Source: a virus
Virus record (IMG/VR): IMGVR_UViG_3300017706_000970
Location: 1-64,000 of that record
DNA length: 64,000 bases
Reading direction: 5' to 3' (one strand)
Positions 61,695 through 64,000 of this stretch are shown here, one piece after another (position 1 is the first letter of the stretch; every line of letters starts with the position of its first letter). The position numbers and the translations under genes are program-made. The notes under the pieces were generated by a model. The model searched no databases, was not told the origin of the DNA, and was given only the letters and a program-made list of their open reading frames with translations.

Positions 61695-62825
61695 ATGAAA
61701 ACCAAAAGAAAAATTAAACGAGGCGCCACCATTGAGAAGATTCACTATGGTGACGAACCAAGTTGGAATGAGTCAGATGAAATGGATATTGATACCTTTC
61801 TTCTGCGATCTTATGCTTGGTATAATGCAATGTCCAATCTCAAGAACTACAAGAAGTGGTGTCTTGTTTGGATGAAAGAAAATAATTATGATGTAGAAAA
61901 CATCAAAAAAGTTAATCGTGTTGACCACCGAAGTTTTTTGTTTGGTCATAATTGTAGAATGTTGAGTAACGAAGTTCCTCTTCCAGAAATTCTCATAGAG
62001 AAAACCAAGACTCATATTAAAGAAATGATTGCATTGGGTAGTAGGTCAAAGAAAGTCAAGACTGAAACTGTCGAGAAACCTAAGATTTCTATTCAGGATA
62101 GAATGAAGGAACAGGTAATCGAATACTCCGGTGACATTAATATTATTCTCGACAAAACTCTTGATGAGATTCTTGAGAAGAAGAAGCCTCAGATGGATGT
62201 TGTCAAGTGGTTGAAGGATAATGAAGTAAAGTCTATTCAATCTGGAATGATTTCGTCGGAGTTCAAGTCACTTGTTGATGAACTGAACATGGTTTATAAC
62301 AAGGAAGATAAACAACTAATGGAGGGATGGGGTTTTCTCTCTCGTCCGCAGTTAAAGAAGTATCGAGACTTTGTTCAGAACATTGTCGATACATGTGAGG
62401 AATACTCTACTGTTCTCAAGAAGACTCGTAAGCCTCGTCGTAAGAAGTTGCAGACTAAGGCCAGTCTTGTTAAGAATGTTAAGTACATGATTCAAACCGA
62501 AGATGGTAAAGTGAAGTCGATCGATCCAAAGCAGATCATCGGTGCAACTAAAGTTATTACCTACAACACCAAGACCGATCAGTTCTCTATCTACGAAAAG
62601 ACTAGAATGGTTGACGGACTCTCGGTTAAGGGTACAACCATTGTAGGAGTGGACAACGAGAAGTCGGTGTGTAGGAGAGTGGGTAAGGATAAGTCCATCG
62701 TAAAGGTTGCTAGTTCCAGTGGAATTAGAGCCATCAATAACGCATATAAAAATCTTAAAAATAAGGAATCTGTTCCAAGTCCACGACTAAATAGTAATGT
62801 TGTGATTCTACAGGCGTTCAAATGA
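61695..62825 (+). CDS. Hypothetical protein of T4-like-phage type
   Basis: GDEP..AWYN..SIQDR..RKPR..IIGA..YNTK..SVKGTTI..RLN pattern; directly upstream of rnh. Confidence 0.75.
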   Translation: MKTKRKIKRGATIEKIHYGDEPSWNESDEMDIDTFLLRSYAWYNAMSNLKNYKKWCLVWMKENNYDVENIKKVNRVDHRSFLFGHNCRMLSNEVPLPEILIEKTKTHIKEMIALGSRSKKVKTETVEKPKISIQDRMKEQVIEYSGDINIILDKTLDEILEKKKPQMDVVKWLKDNEVKSIQSGMISSEFKSLVDELNMVYNKEDKQLMEGWGFLSRPQLKKYRDFVQNIVDTCEEYSTVLKKTRKPRRKKLQTKASLVKNVKYMIQTEDGKVKSIDPKQIIGATKVITYNTKTDQFSIYEKTRMVDGLSVKGTTIVGVDNEKSVCRRVGKDKSIVKVASSSGIRAINNAYKNLKNKESVPSPRLNSNVVILQAFK

Positions 62826-63658
62826 TTTTAATTGATAACAGTCAAGTAATACTTTCTAGTATCTTTGCCCAGACAAAGGGCAGTGTAAATGGAATTGACG
62901 AGTCTCTTGTTCGACATATGACTCTCAATGCCTATCGAAATTTTAAAAACAAGTTTTCCTCTAAGTTCGGCGAACTAGTAATCTGTGAAGATTCTAGTAA
63001 CTGTTGGCGTAAGGATCACTTTCCTCTTTACAAGGCGAACAGAAAGAAGAATCAAAATAAGTCTGATGTTGATTGGTCCTCTGTGTATGACACGTTGACT
63101 AAGGTTCGGAATGAAATTCGGGATACTTTTCCATACAAGAACATGAGAGTTCCTCGAACAGAAGCTGATGATATCATCGCCGTTCTGACTCGAAAGTTTC
63201 ATGTACAGGAACCCATCATGATTGTATCTGGTGACAAGGACTTCAAGCAGTTGCAGAAGTTCCCGAATGTTCAACAGTATTCGCCTGTCCAAAAGAACAT
63301 GATCGAATGTGATGACCCTGAGAAGTTTTTGATTTATCACATTATCAAGGGGGATGCCAGTGATGGCATTCCGAATGTTTTATCTGAAGACGATGTGTTT
63401 GTGTGTGAAGATAAACGACAAAAGCCATGCGGCGAAAAGAAAATTAATTCCTTAATGGAAAATCTTGACCCCGTTGCTTGCACTGATAATTGGAATAGGA
63501 ATGACACGCTCATTAACCTAGACAAAATTCCAGATGATATAGTAAATCTGGTAGTGCAGGAGTGGGACACCCCTATTGTCGGTTCAAAGTCTAAAGTATT
63601 TAATTACTTTATCGAACACAAACTCAAAAATCTCATGGGAGATATACAGGAATTCTGA
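62822..63658 (+). CDS. rnh: RNase H / 5'-3' flap exonuclease
   Basis: MILID, WRK..YKANR, EADDII, SGDKDFKQL, GDASDGIPN. Confidence 0.95.
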   Translation: MILIDNSQVILSSIFAQTKGSVNGIDESLVRHMTLNAYRNFKNKFSSKFGELVICEDSSNCWRKDHFPLYKANRKKNQNKSDVDWSSVYDTLTKVRNEIRDTFPYKNMRVPRTEADDIIAVLTRKFHVQEPIMIVSGDKDFKQLQKFPNVQQYSPVQKNMIECDDPEKFLIYHIIKGDASDGIPNVLSEDDVFVCEDKRQKPCGEKKINSLMENLDPVACTDNWNRNDTLINLDKIPDDIVNLVVQEWDTPIVGSKSKVFNYFIEHKLKNLMGDIQEF

Positions 63659-63659
63659 G

Positions 63660-63842
63660 ATGAAAAAACAATACTACTACGAAGATTACGACGATACTCG
63701 TGACATAGGTTCACGGTCTACTAAAAAGAATCAAAAAAAGAGTAAACGACACAACGAAAAACAGTCCCTTAAAGATCTGAGAAATCTTTCAGAAGATGAC
63801 ATTGAAGATAAATGGGACTCTGAATTTGAAGAGGAGTGGTGA
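63660..63842 (+). CDS. Small charged protein
   Basis: ATG 63660 follows the rnh stop; 60 aa, acidic-basic-acidic. Confidence 0.6.
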   Translation: MKKQYYYEDYDDTRDIGSRSTKKNQKKSKRHNEKQSLKDLRNLSEDDIEDKWDSEFEEEW

Positions 63843-63843
63843 T

Positions 63844-64000
63844 ATGGGATGCGGATGCGGTAAAAATCAAAGTTCTAGTCCAGATTCAGCTAGAGCTTCT
63901 GCTAATTTAAAGAAAGTTTCGGAAAAAAAACTAGAACCTGATCCTAGTTTAAATCAACCTACGTTTCCGTCTATTCCGCAGTTATCTGTGGATAGACGAA
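63844..64000 (+). CDS. MGCGCGK-start protein, truncated by window end
   Basis: SD GAGGAG; frame open to the window end. Confidence 0.6.
   Translation, partial: MGCGCGKNQSSSPDSARASANLKKVSEKKLEPDPSLNQPTFPSIPQLSVDRR

Overview
A 64 kb piece of a T4-like myovirus genome with marine cyanophage/pelagiphage-type gene order. Positions ~9.7-64 kb hold the conserved core: gp33, gp32, a tape-measure candidate, gp51/gp26, gp4, gp2, baseplate genes (gp54, 48, 53, 27, 5, 25, 6, 7, 8), a 2535-aa VrlC/DUF4815-like protein, a fibre, PAAR, gp13-23, gp3, uvsY, uvsW, gp55, gp47, a pyrimidine-dimer glycosylase, gp46 and rnh. Positions 1-9.7 kb are accessory. (i) A locus, partly behind late-promoter-like motifs, encodes two signal-peptide proteins and two dockerin-like-domain proteins, one of them a trypsin-fold protease. 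The dockerin style suggests a Planctomycetota (Phycisphaerae) host, which is an inference. (ii) A sigma70-driven region carries many small ORFs, nine tRNAs (including tRNA-Ile(UAU) and a short-arm tRNA-Leu(UAA)) and three structured non-coding segments. The best new signal is a canonical -1 frameshift cassette: C CCA AAA at 3811-3817, a 6-nt spacer, then a three-way-junction RNA. It would extend the secreted dockerin protein by 137 aa. A second slippery site (T TTT TTT) could fuse gp26 to gp51 directly upstream of the tape-measure candidate, like the G/GT tail chaperones. G-x-[TS]-[GA] motifs recur across virion proteins. All product calls come from reading motifs and synteny by eye; no database search was run.
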